Shown: in pieces, positions 26,681 through 39,480 of the stretch | Position numbering within the stretch: the first letter of the stretch is position 1 | How the letters are laid out: the number at the start of each line of letters is the position of its first letter | Origin: Negaprion brevirostris | Taxonomy: Eukaryota | DNA: 60,283 nt | Assembly (NCBI GenBank): GCA_030324005.1 | Contig: JARDVH010000121.1 | Span: 9,326,438-9,386,720, forward strand | Direction of reading: 5' to 3' | Translations under genes and position numbers: made by a program | The notes under the pieces: generated by a model | Told to the model about the DNA's origin: nothing | What the model saw: the letters and a program-made list of their open reading frames with translations, nothing else | Database searches by the model: none

Positions 26681-27371
26681 ATTTCTATAAAATAACGGGT
26701 GTTCGTTATTGTCTCATTGGATTCTGCAGATTGAGTTATACGTGTACGGTTGTTTCCATAATGCAAGCATGACAATCAACTATGTGACAGTAATATTTAG
26801 TTAAACTCCTTAAACTTTGGAATTTTCAAGTTTCTCCATCTCATCCACTGTCATCCTTATCGTGTTTCGTCCTAAACATCAACGGATAAAGTGCCTGTCC
26901 TAAGTCTACTTTTTGTAGCACTTCGAAGATGAGTATGCAAAGAGCACAAAATGTTATCACTTTAACACGAACATTTCAACAGATTTTTTTTCAGCAGTTA
27001 AATGAAGAGAAGAGCTCAATTATGTTGCCACCAGTCACTGTTGTGCTAATCGCTTAGCTAAGCGGCTAATTGAATTTAGTGCCATCGTTGAAGCAGGGAG
27101 GGGATATTTCCACTGCGTCCACAGACCCGTCTGCTGAATGAAACCACACGCGGAGAGTTCTGAAGAATCGAGACAGACTTCTGGAGCTCTAGAATGAGTA
27201 ATCAAAGTGACAGGCATATGACAGAAGAGAAAACATTGAGTGAGTTTCAGGAGTGTGAACTGCATTTTTTGACACAACGGTCCCCAAATATAAATGATAT
27301 CATGCTCAATTTAAATTTTGCGATCCTAGAAAACTGCAACAAATGGCTAAATTCGCACACATGCACGCAGT

Positions 27372-27374
<3 letters not shown>

Positions 27375-27403
<29 letters not shown>
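27375..27403. repeat. (CA)n microsatellite
   Basis: Direct reading of the sequence. Confidence 0.95.
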
Positions 27404-27406
<3 letters not shown>

Positions 27407-29039
27407 TTGAAGGGATGAGAAACTGATATTTTGCACCAATTACTTAGCAGATTGTTGGAATGTTGGCAGGGGTGCATAGTATTAACTGATTAAACGCGGG
27501 ATGGATTTGACCTGGACTACATAGCAGAAATCTTTTATTTCCGAAAATAATATAGAAGTATTGACAATTTGTTCCAGCGATGGAGATTAAGAATCGAAAA
27601 AGGTGCACAATTCGTAAAGGGTTAGAAGACATGTACTATTGACATAATTTGCAGCAGAGATCGTTTCAGAAGGCATGCCAAAAAAAAAACAGTGCTGAAC
27701 TGCTAAGGAGATAATTTTCCCGATATACGGCTGACTTGCGCTGTCTAATGTAGCATGTGGGCATCCACCAGATTCACATTTATCGCTGACAGATGACTTC
27801 AAAAAAGATATGGGGTGATGAAAAAGCACACACAGTTTTAAACAATTTTACCACAAATTCCTTGGTATGGTGATCAGCAGAGTATTTTATCTCCAAAGAT
27901 GCAATCCCGCCGGGCTTAAAATTGACAGAAGCTGTTTTGTGGAAATGATTCTGTCATACAGGATGAGACGACAGAAGGAATGTTATTTGTGGGCCAATGC
28001 ACCAAAGTGCAAAATGAGCGGAGTAAATTCCAGCATGCCGCGTTTCCACAGCATTGANNNNNNNNNNNNNNNNNNNNNNNNNNNNNNNNNNNNNNNNNNN
28101 NNNNNNNNNNNNNNNNNNNNNNNNNNNNNNNNNNNNNNNNNNNNNNNNNNNNNNNNNNNNNNNNNNNNNNNNNNNNNNNNNNNNNNNNNNNNNNNNNNNN
28201 NNNNNNNNNNNNNNNNNNNNNNNNNNNNNNNNNNNNNNNNNNNNNNNNNNNNNNNNNNNNNNNNNNNNNNNNNNNNNNNNNNNNNNNNNNNNNNNNNNNN
28301 NNNNNNNNNNNNNNNNNNNNNNNNNNNNNNNNNNNNNNNNNNNNNNNNNNNNNNNNNNNNNNNNNNNNNNNNNNNNNNNNNNNNNNNNNNNNNNNNNNNN
28401 NNNNNNNNNNNNNNNNNNNNNNNNNNNNNNNNNNNNNNNNNNNNNNNNNNNNNNNNNNNNNNNNNNNNNNNNNNNNNNNNNNNNNNNNNNNNNNNNNNNN
28501 NNNNNNNNNNNNNNNNNNNNNNNNNNNNNNNNNNNNNNNNNNNNNNNNNNGCACGAATAAATTGGTGGCATGAATTCGGTCAACGTGGCGGGTAGGGGGG
28601 CAGATCTGATCATGTTGTGCGACATTGGGTGGGCTATTACGATGTCAATCGTTCCTTGAAGTCTTCAGTTTGACGGGTGTTGGCTCTGACAAATGTTTGG
28701 GTACGGCAGAGTTTCTCGCGCCTGTTTGGGCTGGGTAGTTTGGGGGTTGGTGCACATGCAGGAGACTGCTAGAGTCATTCACTTCGCGTGAGGCGGATCA
28801 CATAATCGGACTGCGGGATCGGTAGTGTTCGTGCATTCAGGGCAGTGGGCTGTTACGTGGCATATTTGGAAAGCGAGAAGGTTAGAGTTATTTCGATGGA
28901 AGGGATGGGATGCTGAGTGTTATAATCGTTAAGAATATCATCGGGGCCGCGGTGCTCTTTTGCCGAATGTTGACGTTGTGGGCTGAGCACAGCATGAAGT
29001 GTTCAGTCGTGTTTGCTCTTCATTTCAGTAGGCACTCGA

Positions 29040-29330
29040 TATTCAACTGTCTTTTTACGGACCAGGAGTCACATCGGGCGAGACTGGATATCAATGCCAA
29101 AATCACTTGTCTATTGAAGCAGCTTTTTTTTTGTATGTGTGCGTGTGGGTGAGAGGGGGTGGGGGCCAATCGGCAATGATTTTATGTTCATCATTAGATT
29201 TTAAATACATAATGTTTTGTTGAACTATATTGTTTCCACCTGCCATCCGGGGATCGAACACAGTTTCCAAGGCTTAATCTTGGGTGTCTGGATTCTAGTA
29301 TTGTGAAAATACCACTGTGTCACTTCCTCC
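29040..29330 (-). mobile_element. Degenerate tRNA-head SINE
   Basis: ggagtcacatcgggcgagactgg...catcattagattttaa...ccacctgccatccggggatcgaac...aataccactgtg; same family as 37060-37410. Confidence 0.7.
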
Positions 29331-30921
29331 CTGATTGAATTACTGTTTGTTTTTCTGTGGTGATGTGCATGGTCAATTGGATTGTTGCGGAGTGGTGCAT
29401 CTACTAACTATCGCTTGGTGTGTGTGTTTAAATCAAAGGAGCAGTTTGAAACCCAAGCTTTTGCATCTGCATGGGAATGGTTGGGGGAGCCAATGTCAGA
29501 ATTGTGAACCGGGAATACACGATTGTATTACTTCGAGATGGTGTTTGCTTGACACTTTTGACTCCTTTCTAAGCTGGAACATGGATTTCAGACTTTTTTT
29601 TGCATCTGAAAATCGGCCGCTTCACTCCTTGAGGCGTTTGACATAGCATTCAATTTCAACCTCCTTATTTGATGACGTCAACTTAAATCTCTCAGCATTC
29701 CATGTGTAGTTTATTTACGGAAGATAAACATATTTATATCGACGAGATGTTTGGTTTTATCACTTCGTAGGTTGTTCAGCAGTGAAAAGGTAAATACACG
29801 AGCGCAAGATATCGTTCAGCAGTACTGGATCGAGCACCTCGTTGATGAGTTAATGATCCCAGATTCACTCCCACACTTCGACGGCCACATTTTAATTATC
29901 AACGTCTCACCAACAGACCAATGCCACTTTTGCTTCAGAATGTATTGGCAAGCGCATGGTGAAATAAAAAATACTTAGGACAGATTTTATTATCTGCGCG
30001 CACACACCCACCCTAGTAAGTAAAAGGGGAATCAGGAAGAAGGTGGAGACATATACATGTGTGTCGCAGAGATTGTACACTTAGCCGTAAGTGTCCTGTA
30101 TTTATCACGCTACCCCTTAGTTTTGCTTTTATCTGCCATTGAGTGTCGCCAATGGCGACCAATTAAAAGAAAGAACATACGGAGTCTTTTGATCAAAGAC
30201 GACAAAATCTGTGAAAAATAAATCTCAATACATGCATGTGGGGCAGGATGAGCCTGGTGAGGCGCAATGGAACAGTGCATTTGGGACCCATGAATGATGT
30301 CATTATTGATAAAAAGTACAATTCCTTAAATAATTGGTGTTTCAAACTGTCGTGAGAATCAAAGTATATCAATAATGAAAATCATGGAGCTGTGTACGAA
30401 GGGGGAAATAAATATTAATCCCATGACTGCCGCTTTGTATATTTATTACAACGTGGCAGAAGATTTAATTTAAATAAAATATACGCACGCCATGTTCCAC
30501 GGAGAATGCCAGAAATGTGCACCTCAAAACAGGAAAGCTATTTTTTTTTTCTATGTTTCTTTTTTTTTGCTAGTTTCCAGTAGTGCATGTATTTCTGACA
30601 GGTATTTACATGCAATAATCGGGAAATTGCGGAATCNNNNNNNNNNNNNNNNNNNNNNNNNNNNNNNNNNNNNNNNNNNNNNNNNNNNNNNNNNNNNNNN
30701 NNNNNNNNNNNNNNNNNNNNNNNNNNNNNNNNNNNNAGCAGTCGGTACTTACAAGAAAGTTAATGATTTGTTTTTTTTTTCAAAATTTTTTTGGCAATAT
30801 TTCTCCTCATAAATGTTGTCGCAAGTCTGTAAGTAAATTCGGTACGAGATGTGCTGCTCCAACTCATCTGGATCAAATTGTGCCATTTGAGAAGAAATCA
30901 CATTTCGATCATGGGCACATT

Positions 30922-32100
30922 AAATGTGAAAACATGCTCAATGACGCATTTGTCATATTGTTTCTCCTGTACAGGCAGTTCAACTAGCCAGAACTCAAAT
31001 CAGATGAGTCGTGTTGTACCGAATTGCAACAAAGAAGGGATAGCTTTTCATGGCCTTTGTTGCACTGTTCCATAAAGATGTGTGACTTTTTTTTATTCTC
31101 AGAAGTACGACCTCTCGGCTTACTCCTCCAAAAGTACTGGATGAAAGGCTGGTGCAGTGGCTGATATCTTAGCATTATGAGAACACGATGCTGAAATATT
31201 GCCTGGACGTTACCTCAGCAAAAGAACCTCCAGGGTTACCATCGAGAAATAAACGATCGATTTATGGAATGAAATGGTAACGTTGGGCTGAGTCAGAGCT
31301 TTGTTGGTTCAATTTAAAACGACTGGAAAAGTTTCGTTCATTACAGAAGAATGCACATAAATGCCCATTGGGTAAATCTCGGATGGGTGTACCTGGCTGG
31401 CCTTTCAGACTGTAAAACATATTGAAGACTAAACTCTATTTTGGAGTGACAACACACTCCATGTAATTATTGCAACTGGAGATGAGTGGATCGTCATCTC
31501 TATCCAGCAAAAAAAATGACGTCAGATTTCACATCGAGCAATGTCAGTATATTTATGTCGGATGAAATTTCCATGAGTTATTTGATCTAGAATAATTGTT
31601 TTGCAATGGAATATCAGATCTAATGATTCATTGTGCAGACAATATCAATGAAGTACCAGAAGGTATTCTCATCAACATGAAAAATCTAGAGACATGCATT
31701 AAAATTGGAAGCTAAAGTTTGGTTACATGGAAAATGTACAACAAATTGTACAACTTGGTATCTATTGATTCAAGTGACACACTGCAAGTGTGTTCAACGG
31801 AAATTAAGCTCTAATCAACAACAGCATATTGAAAGAGATTCCACTCTTTTTTTTGGAAACTCATCCCAACGCTTTATCGCTCCAACATCAATGGAGCTTC
31901 AATTACTTGAGTAGGTTTCCTGAACTGTCACTCAAACTTGCACATCTTCCAAACGGATTCTTTAGGGTTTCTACTGGAAGCTAGGCGTGTTGAATTCATT
32001 TCTGACAAATGTAAAGGAACAGGGGCAATTTCAGAATGAACAATTGATACATGAGCATCACGATGTATTGTGCATCGTGGAACGTTGCGTGGTTACTGGT
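30922..32100 (+). repeat. Paralog of 2087-3300
   Basis: Starts aatgtgaaaacatgctcaatgacgcatttgtcatattg in both copies; colinear to gttgcgtggttactggtt. Confidence 0.95.
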
Positions 32101-32185
32101 TAAGAACATAAGAGCATAAGAAGCAGGAGCAGGAGTAGGCCATCGAGCCCTTCGAGCCTGCCCCCCCCCTTCAGTAAGACCTTGG
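32101..32185 (-). mobile_element. Young CR1 3' end, cut by a gap
   Basis: taagaacataagagcataagaagcaggagcaggagtaggccatcgagcccttcgagcctg. Confidence 0.85.
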
Positions 32186-33762
32186 NNNNNNNNNNNNNNN
32201 NNNNNNNNNNNNNNNNNNNNNNNNNNNNNNNNNNNNNNNNNNNNNNNNNNNNNNNNNNNNNNNNNNNNNNNNNNNNNNNNNNNNNTTCGTTTAGATCACG
32301 AATACTGAATCTGAACATGAATTAACGTATTTAAAACTGAACTGATGAAGGAACGATTCCGATTGCAGCGATTATTTTTCTTCCCTAACCAGTGCCTCAA
32401 TTCATAGGAATTAATCGCTGAATGGAAAAAAAAATGCAAAAGAAATAAAATGTCAATCTTCTGCGAACGAGAAAGACAATCTTTGTTTTCTTTTTGTTTA
32501 AATACCTTTTGATCTTAACTCTTCTTTCAGATTTTTCGGCTCTGAAACATGGGCCATAAAATTCTTTCTTTTTTTTTGGTTGTGTTAATCCGATATCTAC
32601 GTTGTCATGTGTGTAAAATACACGGCTGTTAATCATCACTATTCCCAATAGTGTTCAACAGGGTTAGGTTGCGTACACAAATTATGAAATATGTTGTCTT
32701 AAAATTAATATTCCCTTCAACAAATTAAGAGAAAAAATGAAGAAACATTTTAGCATTGCGCATAAACTTCAACTGAATAGTCAGACGATAATTTGTACCT
32801 GAACGAAAAACTCAATGCAAAGTTATAATGCAATGCCAGACGCTGATTTCAACGAGAGACGTGTATTGTTAAGTAGCTCACACAGGTCTCTCATTGAAGG
32901 AGTCATTCAGTGTAAAAATTCAAATTGAGGGCCAGAGTGTGTATGTATGGCTGAGAAATGCGCGGGATTTCCAGAAACAAGATTCTATTATTTTGCCAGA
33001 AGATCTTCCTAAAATTGATGACAGTTGAAAGGTGAACTTCATTTTTCCTTCAGGCGAAGGATCGTACAAGAACTAGTATTCCTCGTTGCACAAACCAAGG
33101 AAATTGATTCGGAGAGATGGAAACTGATTTAAAAGGTAAATATAGATGAGGACATGAACAGCACAACCTGCTCGTGAGTGTTCAGTGAACGATGGTCAAT
33201 CGGAACTCGATATATTAATTGGTGGAAATACACATAGCTCGCATAATTATCTCAGTATGTAGTAATCATACTATTTTTTACGCGTGTGCTATGGTTGAGA
33301 ATGGATGCACTGAGCTGATGTTAGTGGGAGCGTTGAACAAATTAAATGTTGAAATGATGCCTTAAAATTTAACACATATTGTTGATAATTGACAATAGAC
33401 ATTTAAGTGTTTTTTTTTGCAAGCTGTGTGAAGTTAAAGCAAAGGGAAATATTATTTCTCTCCTGATTAATTTGACTTCGATTACCTGGTGATTGCATCG
33501 CACGGTTATTCCAGACCTGTTATCATTTGTTTTGATTTTGATCTGAACATCAGCACAAAATGTTCGTACTTCAATCTTTAAGACGTTTCAAACATTGAAC
33601 TTGGTGAAAGCTTCATACTAGCTCTCACAAGGCACTAGGCATAACTTGCGATAATGTGACGACAGATGTTACCTGCGTGCCAGATACCCTGCGTTTTTCA
33701 AAACAAGCACGTGAGCAGGACTGTCTGTTGACAAATCACATGGCGAGATTAAGTATTCTTAC

Positions 33763-33807
33763 CCCCATACGGTTTTTTGGGCCCCGGCTGCCTCACGGAA
33801 TTGTTTC
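33763..33807 (-). CDS. Candidate 45-nt phase-1 exon, copy E ((G)NNSVRQPGPKKPYG)
   Basis: tttttcccttttcag|exon|gtaaga; length and phase identical to the C and D exons despite high divergence. Confidence 0.5.
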
Positions 33808-34187
33808 CTGAAAAGGGAAAAACAAATGTCAGCACTTGTCAACAACACAACTATACTTCCTTCATGTTACTGGAGACAAGGATTCATTTGCTATCAGTGG
33901 TGAATGTCGAGCATTGTCCATTGTACTACATTGTTTGGAACTTGAGCGATAGAACGGCAGAGGTGACTTCGAATTTGTGCCGTCAGTAATCTTAGCTCAT
34001 TGGTTCACTTGGAGAATGTTAACGGCAGAGCACAATGGCGCCCAGTATGGCTTACCCAACTGAAGATTGCATTTGCCACCCTTTCAGAGCTACACATATA
34101 ATTTTGCAGCCGATCAGAGGCTAACATGGGGGAAATGTCCAGATTTTGTTTTCGGCATGAAAGAAAAATTCTGCAAGATTCATTTAC

Positions 34188-34214
34188 CATCCTCTTTCAA
34201 GATATTGTTTTTTG
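34188..34214 (-). CDS. Candidate 27-nt phase-1 micro-exon, copy E ((A)KNNILKED)
   Basis: cactaat branch-like motif, then tgttttattgcag|exon|gtaaat; 27-nt homologs at 23494-23520 and 26176-26202. Confidence 0.45.
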
Positions 34215-34565
34215 CTGCAATAAAACATCGATAAATTAGTGTCGTGATAGGTAAGTTATATCAGTTGCATTTTGCTTAGCCTTTATTTCAATTTGAATGT
34301 AACAATTGAGTTAGAACGCGTGCTTTTCCTTTAAAAACTCATCTTTTAGAAAGCATTATATAAGTTTCGGAAACATGACAAAATGTCATGCAGTCTTCCA
34401 TTTCTGGATTCGCGCAGAAGCACATCACCACATTGGGAGTGTTTAAATCCATATCCTCCAGTTTCGCTTCATGATGACCGGCCCTTGATGAATTGTCCAC
34501 CTGTTTTCCACATTATGTATTTATGCAGGAGAAATACACTCCGACCCCTGGCGTTCACACATCAC

Positions 34566-34579
34566 CTTTAACATTGATA
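34566..34579 (-). CDS. Candidate 14-nt phase-2-to-1 micro-exon, copy E (INVK)
   Basis: atcttttag|tatcaatgttaaag|gtgatg; 17-nt homologs at 23826-23842 and 26475-26491 with gtgagt donors. Confidence 0.35.
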
Positions 34580-34699
34580 CTAAAAGATTGCTTCTTTGAC
34601 TAAATGTATGTCACCAATTATTGCATATTTAGCTGACCGATAACTGCAAATGTTTGACGGCGATAGTTATTCGCAGAGCAAAACCGATGGCTTAGTTGA

Positions 34700-34970
34700 T
34701 CGGCACAGTGGCACAGTAGTTAATACTGCTGTTTTACAGCGCCAGGGACCTGCATTCAATTCTCAGATCGGATCACTGTTTGTGTGGATTTTGCACATTA
34801 TCCCCGGGTCTGTGTGCGTTCCCTCTGGGTGCTCCGGTATCCTCCCACAGTTGAACAGATGTGCTGTTTGATGAATTGACCTGAACGGGTGTCTTCGTGT
34901 GGCGTCTAGGGGGATTTCGCAGGAACTTCATTGTTGTTAATGCAAACCGTACTTATAACTAATAAATAAT
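34700..34970 (+). mobile_element. HE1-type (V-SINE) element inserted into copy E
   Basis: ggcacagtggcacagtagttaatactgctg...cagcgccagggacc head, ccctctgggtgctccggtatcctcccacag core and aataaataa tail. Confidence 0.85.
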
Positions 34971-35119
34971 ATCCAAAATAACTCAGATCCAGCCCAATGT
35001 AACCGCAAACATTACCGTATTTCCCAACGTTTCTTTATCTCAGTCATTGAACACGTATTATAACGCATATAAAGCTCTGTAGACTCAGTTTGACCAGGCA
35101 GATTGACTTAAAACTGTGT

Positions 35120-35340
35120 TTCCAGTCAACCTGCAGAAAATGCTGTAAAATTTTACATTTCTAGAGGCAATGCTGGAGCAAAAATCAGAGTTAACATTTG
35201 GAGTCCGCATGAATTTGTCATATCGATTTTGTAGCATTCATATCTGTTTCTACAGATGTTGACAGACATGCTGCGAGTTTGCCAGCGTGGTCTGATTTGA
35301 TTACCGATTTCCAGTAGTTGAAAGGTTTTCTTTGCACCAA
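35120..35340. mobile_element. Penelope-like terminal-repeat relic with inverted arms
   Basis: cagagttaacatttggagtcc and ctgtttctacagatgttgacagacatgctgcgagtttgccagc resemble the PLE terminus at 19720-19790 on opposite strands. Confidence 0.5.
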
Positions 35341-36789
35341 TCTAGCCTTCATTTAATATCAAGATGTCGGCTCGCAATTAACAATAGCCACACAGGGTGA
35401 TGAAGAAGATCGACGTGTTGTGTGAAGTAGCAGTGTTTTTTTTTTCTAGAGGAACTGTAATTAGTTATAGGAAATCTAAGAGAATGACACCTCTGGGATG
35501 GCGCAGCACGTTGGGGGCAGTGTGGGACAGCAGGAAGGTTGTAGGTTGTGTATGCTCATTCAGAGCGATAAATTTCTCAAGCTATGAGCATACGACCCCA
35601 TACAATTCATTGTGAACTTAGGGTTGCATGTCAGCAGGTGCACACGTCTTCAAAAAAAAACGCGTGGGGAATGCAACAGAAACACAATTTTGTCTGTCAA
35701 AGATATGAAAAACAAACTGTAATTTGGAAGGAGGTGCTAAACGTTATTGGAATATTAAGGAACTAGGCAGGACATCATGTGATGTTATATGTTTGGATGG
35801 CTTTCTTATCGGACCGATCGAANNNNNNNNNNNNCTTAGCGAACGCCAAAAGGAAATATGTGCCCCTCGTCTAGGCCTATGAGAATACAGTACTTCAATT
35901 GGGCACTGTGTGAGCTGGGCTTATAAAAGGATAATAAGAAGTATCATCCAGCGACAGAAAGAAAAAGGAACGACAATAAATGCGACTTCAGGAAGCAGCT
36001 ATTACCGAAATTCCTATCTCAACGGTATGTGTATTTGGTATTATTTGGACCGAGCGGTTAGTGCAGTGGAGGAAGGAATGCTTTGTTCTCGGGTTTCAGA
36101 GGTCTTTAGGAGACTTATATGCATAATTTGTTCCATCTGACGGTGATTTCTCTTTAGATATTCCTGGAACTTCCCCGTTAAACTTGAATGATGCTAAAAT
36201 TTGCCAACAGTCTATTTAAAACAAAACTAAAATGAAAAAAAAAATGCACTTGTGGTGCAATTCGACATGGTCTTTGAAACTCACTGGTGGGGGTTGTATG
36301 TTGGGGACAATGAGGAAGGGTAGGGAGGGACATAGATTGTGAATGTTCATCCAGAGCGACAATTTAGTGGAAAGCGAGATATACTGTCTAAAGAAACGAA
36401 CGTCCCCATGCAATTCACAATGAAGTGTTGCAACCCATGATTCTTTTTAAATGTTTCTGACAATAAATTATTTGGCACCTGTTTGTTCATCCTTATAATT
36501 ATGATTTCTGACACTTTTCCGGCCCTTTCCATGTCTCGAAGCTCTTCCATTCAAGATATGCTTATGGAAGACTTTATGATTTCCTTTCATATTAGATATT
36601 AGACCACACTGGTGGAAAACACTTATATTTTTAAGTTTGGACCCCTTTGCCAAATGTCTTCTGATTGTTACTCTGACAGAGATAGAATGTCACTTCTAAA
36701 CCTACCTTAAGTATCTAAACAGCCTGATACAACCATAAAATGGTCCATTACCTCTGCATCGTCTCAAGTCCAACGGTCACTGTGAATCT

Positions 36790-39480
36790 GATCCACTTCA
36801 TCCTGTCACACACACACAGTGCTATCCCCAGTGGATTTCCCCTCCCAGACTGAATCAGCATCATATTGCCTCTCTGGTTTTAGTCTGACTTCCCCTGCAT
36901 GCAACAAAAGAATCTTGCTCAGGTCAATCCTCCCCCACCCTGCTGAAATCTGGATGGTGTATGCATCAAGCCTTTCTGTCATCAGTCGAACACCCACTCC
37001 AGGCCTCATGCTGATTCCGACTCTGGGGCACTTTCTCTCCAAATATTTTCGTTTTCGTGTTAATGGTAGAATATGGACGTCGTTGTCTGGCCAGGATTTA
37101 TTGCCCTTCCTTGTTGCCTGAAGGTATTTTAGAGTCAAGCACACTGATGTTGTTCTCGAGTCACATGTGGGGCAGACTAGGGAAGGGTAACAAATTTCTT
37201 TCCCGAAAGAAGAAGGACAAATCAGACTTTCTTTTTCAACAATCGATAATGGCTTCATGGTCAAGAATAAGTTCTCAGTTAGAGATGGTTTTCACTGAAT
37301 TTTGATTCCACAAGCTGCCGTGGCAGCATTTGAACCCAATTCTCCAGAACATTGGTTGAATTTCTGCAGTTATAGTCTAGAGATAATACCACTAGGCTAT
37401 GAACTCCCCGATGTGATGTGCTTCCCCATACCGTCAGCCTGATTTGTCTGCCAATGAAGTCCAACACTCCCAACCATAATCCTCCACCTCCAGCCTGACC
37501 GCTCTGCAAGCTATGATGTTCATCTACAATTCTGAAAGCCTATTGTTACAATCCAATTCTACTTCTCAGGCAAACAGCCAATTGTGCTTCAACATCTCCA
37601 GCTCTGGTTAGACAAGCCCCAGATAGATACCGCCCAACAAATCCAGCCTAACACTGCCGTCCAACACGGATCTGTTTTTTTTTCCAACTGCCCTTCATTC
37701 CCATTTTGTGAACGCACACCTTCTCCCAACCGAACTCGGGCTCTGTTCCTCCTTCCAGTCCAACCATCTCCTCTTCTGATTTGATTATGCACCACCCTTT
37801 TGGTTTAATACTGCACCCAGTCACACCTTGAAAATCCCCTTCAACTTTCATAAACTCCGACTGAACTTATTCTCCTTTAGATACTGCCTGAAAGCTTGTT
37901 GGCTCCGTGTCCATCCTTTTCCATCCTAGCAAAGCAACATTCCCTAACCTGGTCCAAAATCCACTTCCACCTGTGTATCCATCTGATATGACAGCATCTT
38001 GCACTCTGCCTGGACCCAATCCCTCTCTGCATAATCGCCCAGCTCTTTTTTTTTTTCTGCAGATGTGCTTTGGGTTGAACTCTACAAACTGGTCACATCC
38101 CGCCCGGTCTCCCGTCCCACTCAGGGAGACCCAAATTCACTCCATTACATCACTGCTTCCTCTGGGACACCCATGCCCTCTGTCCAGCCCTTTCCAGGGT
38201 TTCCCAACTTTCACAATCATTGTCTCACTTCCGGCTTCCACCCCACTCGTCCTTTAATTGCCTAACACAGAAAAAAAAATGTCAACGTATCTGTGCATTT
38301 ATAGGCAGCCATTACAGCAGGTACAGCTCCAGAAAAATCCAAAATATGTGACATCGCTGCACATCAGTTACTCTGAACTTACGCTGCTAAGGGCACCATG
38401 CACATTTTTTTTTTCCAGACTGAGTCTAGAAGTTTGGCCAAGGCAGGTACTGTGCAATTACAGCAAAGGTAATTACTTAATGTTTGCCATTCGGATGGAG
38501 GTGGCCATTTTGCTGAAGTTACAGAGAAGAAACTTGAGCTGGAATGTCCAAGTTTTGCCCTGTTAGGTACAGCTAACAAAAAAACAGTGGAAAAATAAGT
38601 AGGCAAACACCAGATCAAAAATCTAAGCACTCAGGCCCAGCGTCACTAATCATCTCCTCTTCTCGTTGCAAGACCCATCATAGCACACATATCTCAAAGG
38701 AAGACTGGAACCGCATCAGTATACTATCATAGACCAACTCCAGCTCCAATCCTCTAGAATCAGTATCCCTCTCTAGCCAGCGGAGCTGCTCTGCCTCTGA
38801 CACCCGACAACGGACACGCTCCTTCCGCCTCTACATCCGCCTTGAGTCTAAAAAAAAAACGCTGGGTTGCGTGGCATTGGCACACGTTATCTCACGCTCC
38901 ANNNNNNNNNNNNTCTATGGGCACTTACCCTCCTTCACACCCGTACAAATCGTCTTACCTCGTTCGCCTCAAACAAAAAGAGGTACGTGGCCAACTTTGG
39001 CCCTAGACACGCAGTATGATTGGATCGACGCAAGACATGTATTTCTCTCCACACCACACCATCCCCACCACAACATCCCCTACCGTGCCTCAGTCGGGAA
39101 ACACCACTGGCAAAATCTGTACACTTCCCACTCCAGGTTGTGGGCAGGTCCCTCCTGTTTTGATCGGCTAGCCGCATCTCCTGTTCCATACGTAAATTTC
39201 TGGTGTCAAGAAAGCACATGGTGTGCTTCTGCTAAACCTAATAACCTTCGACGGTCCATCTGTCCCTTCTTTGCATCCTTGATGCTATGCTCCACACGGC
39301 AGCGCACCTTACTCCTGGTCTCCATAACTACCAGTTTCTCCTGCGCAGTATTCTGTCACCGTTCTTCAAACTTATTCTGCCGACAATCTCGATATCCTAT
39401 CCCTTCCTGGTTTCGTTCCTCATTCTCATTCTCCCGTCCCAACTGCCTGGGAAATACGGACATTAGAAGTTTTCTCTTCC
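36790..39480 (-). mobile_element. Highly decayed LTR-retroelement or ERV gag-pro-pol-like region
   Basis: Minus-strand reading gives a charged gag-like N-terminus, a degenerate zinc knuckle (GKP...GHGCPR, ~38160-38220), CKML...MDT (protease-like, ~37970-38005) and KPERQY (early RT-like, ~36860-36880), in the expected order; many stops and frameshifts. Confidence 0.45.
37060..37410 (-). mobile_element. Near-full-length tRNA-head SINE sharing its 3' tail with the LINE at 195-905
   Basis: ggacgtcgttgtctggccaggatttattgccc tail, gagtcacatgtggggcagac core and ataataccacta head. Confidence 0.8.

Larger units (their letters stand above)
33340..35040 (+). repeat. Older, more diverged paralog (copy E) of 22650-24010 / 25340-26660
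   Basis: Shared anchors ggtgattgcatc...ttccagac, gaacatcagcacaaa, acattgaacttgg and ccatcctctttc, in the same order. Confidence 0.8.

Noticed and set aside
27867-28625. Long ORFs across N runs (also 49091-49811 and 57375-58191)
   Set aside because: They are artefacts of translating assembly gaps.
34700-34775. tRNA-like A/B-box sequence (also at ~39860 and ~53100)
   Set aside because: These are SINE heads, with no cloverleaf or acceptor stem.
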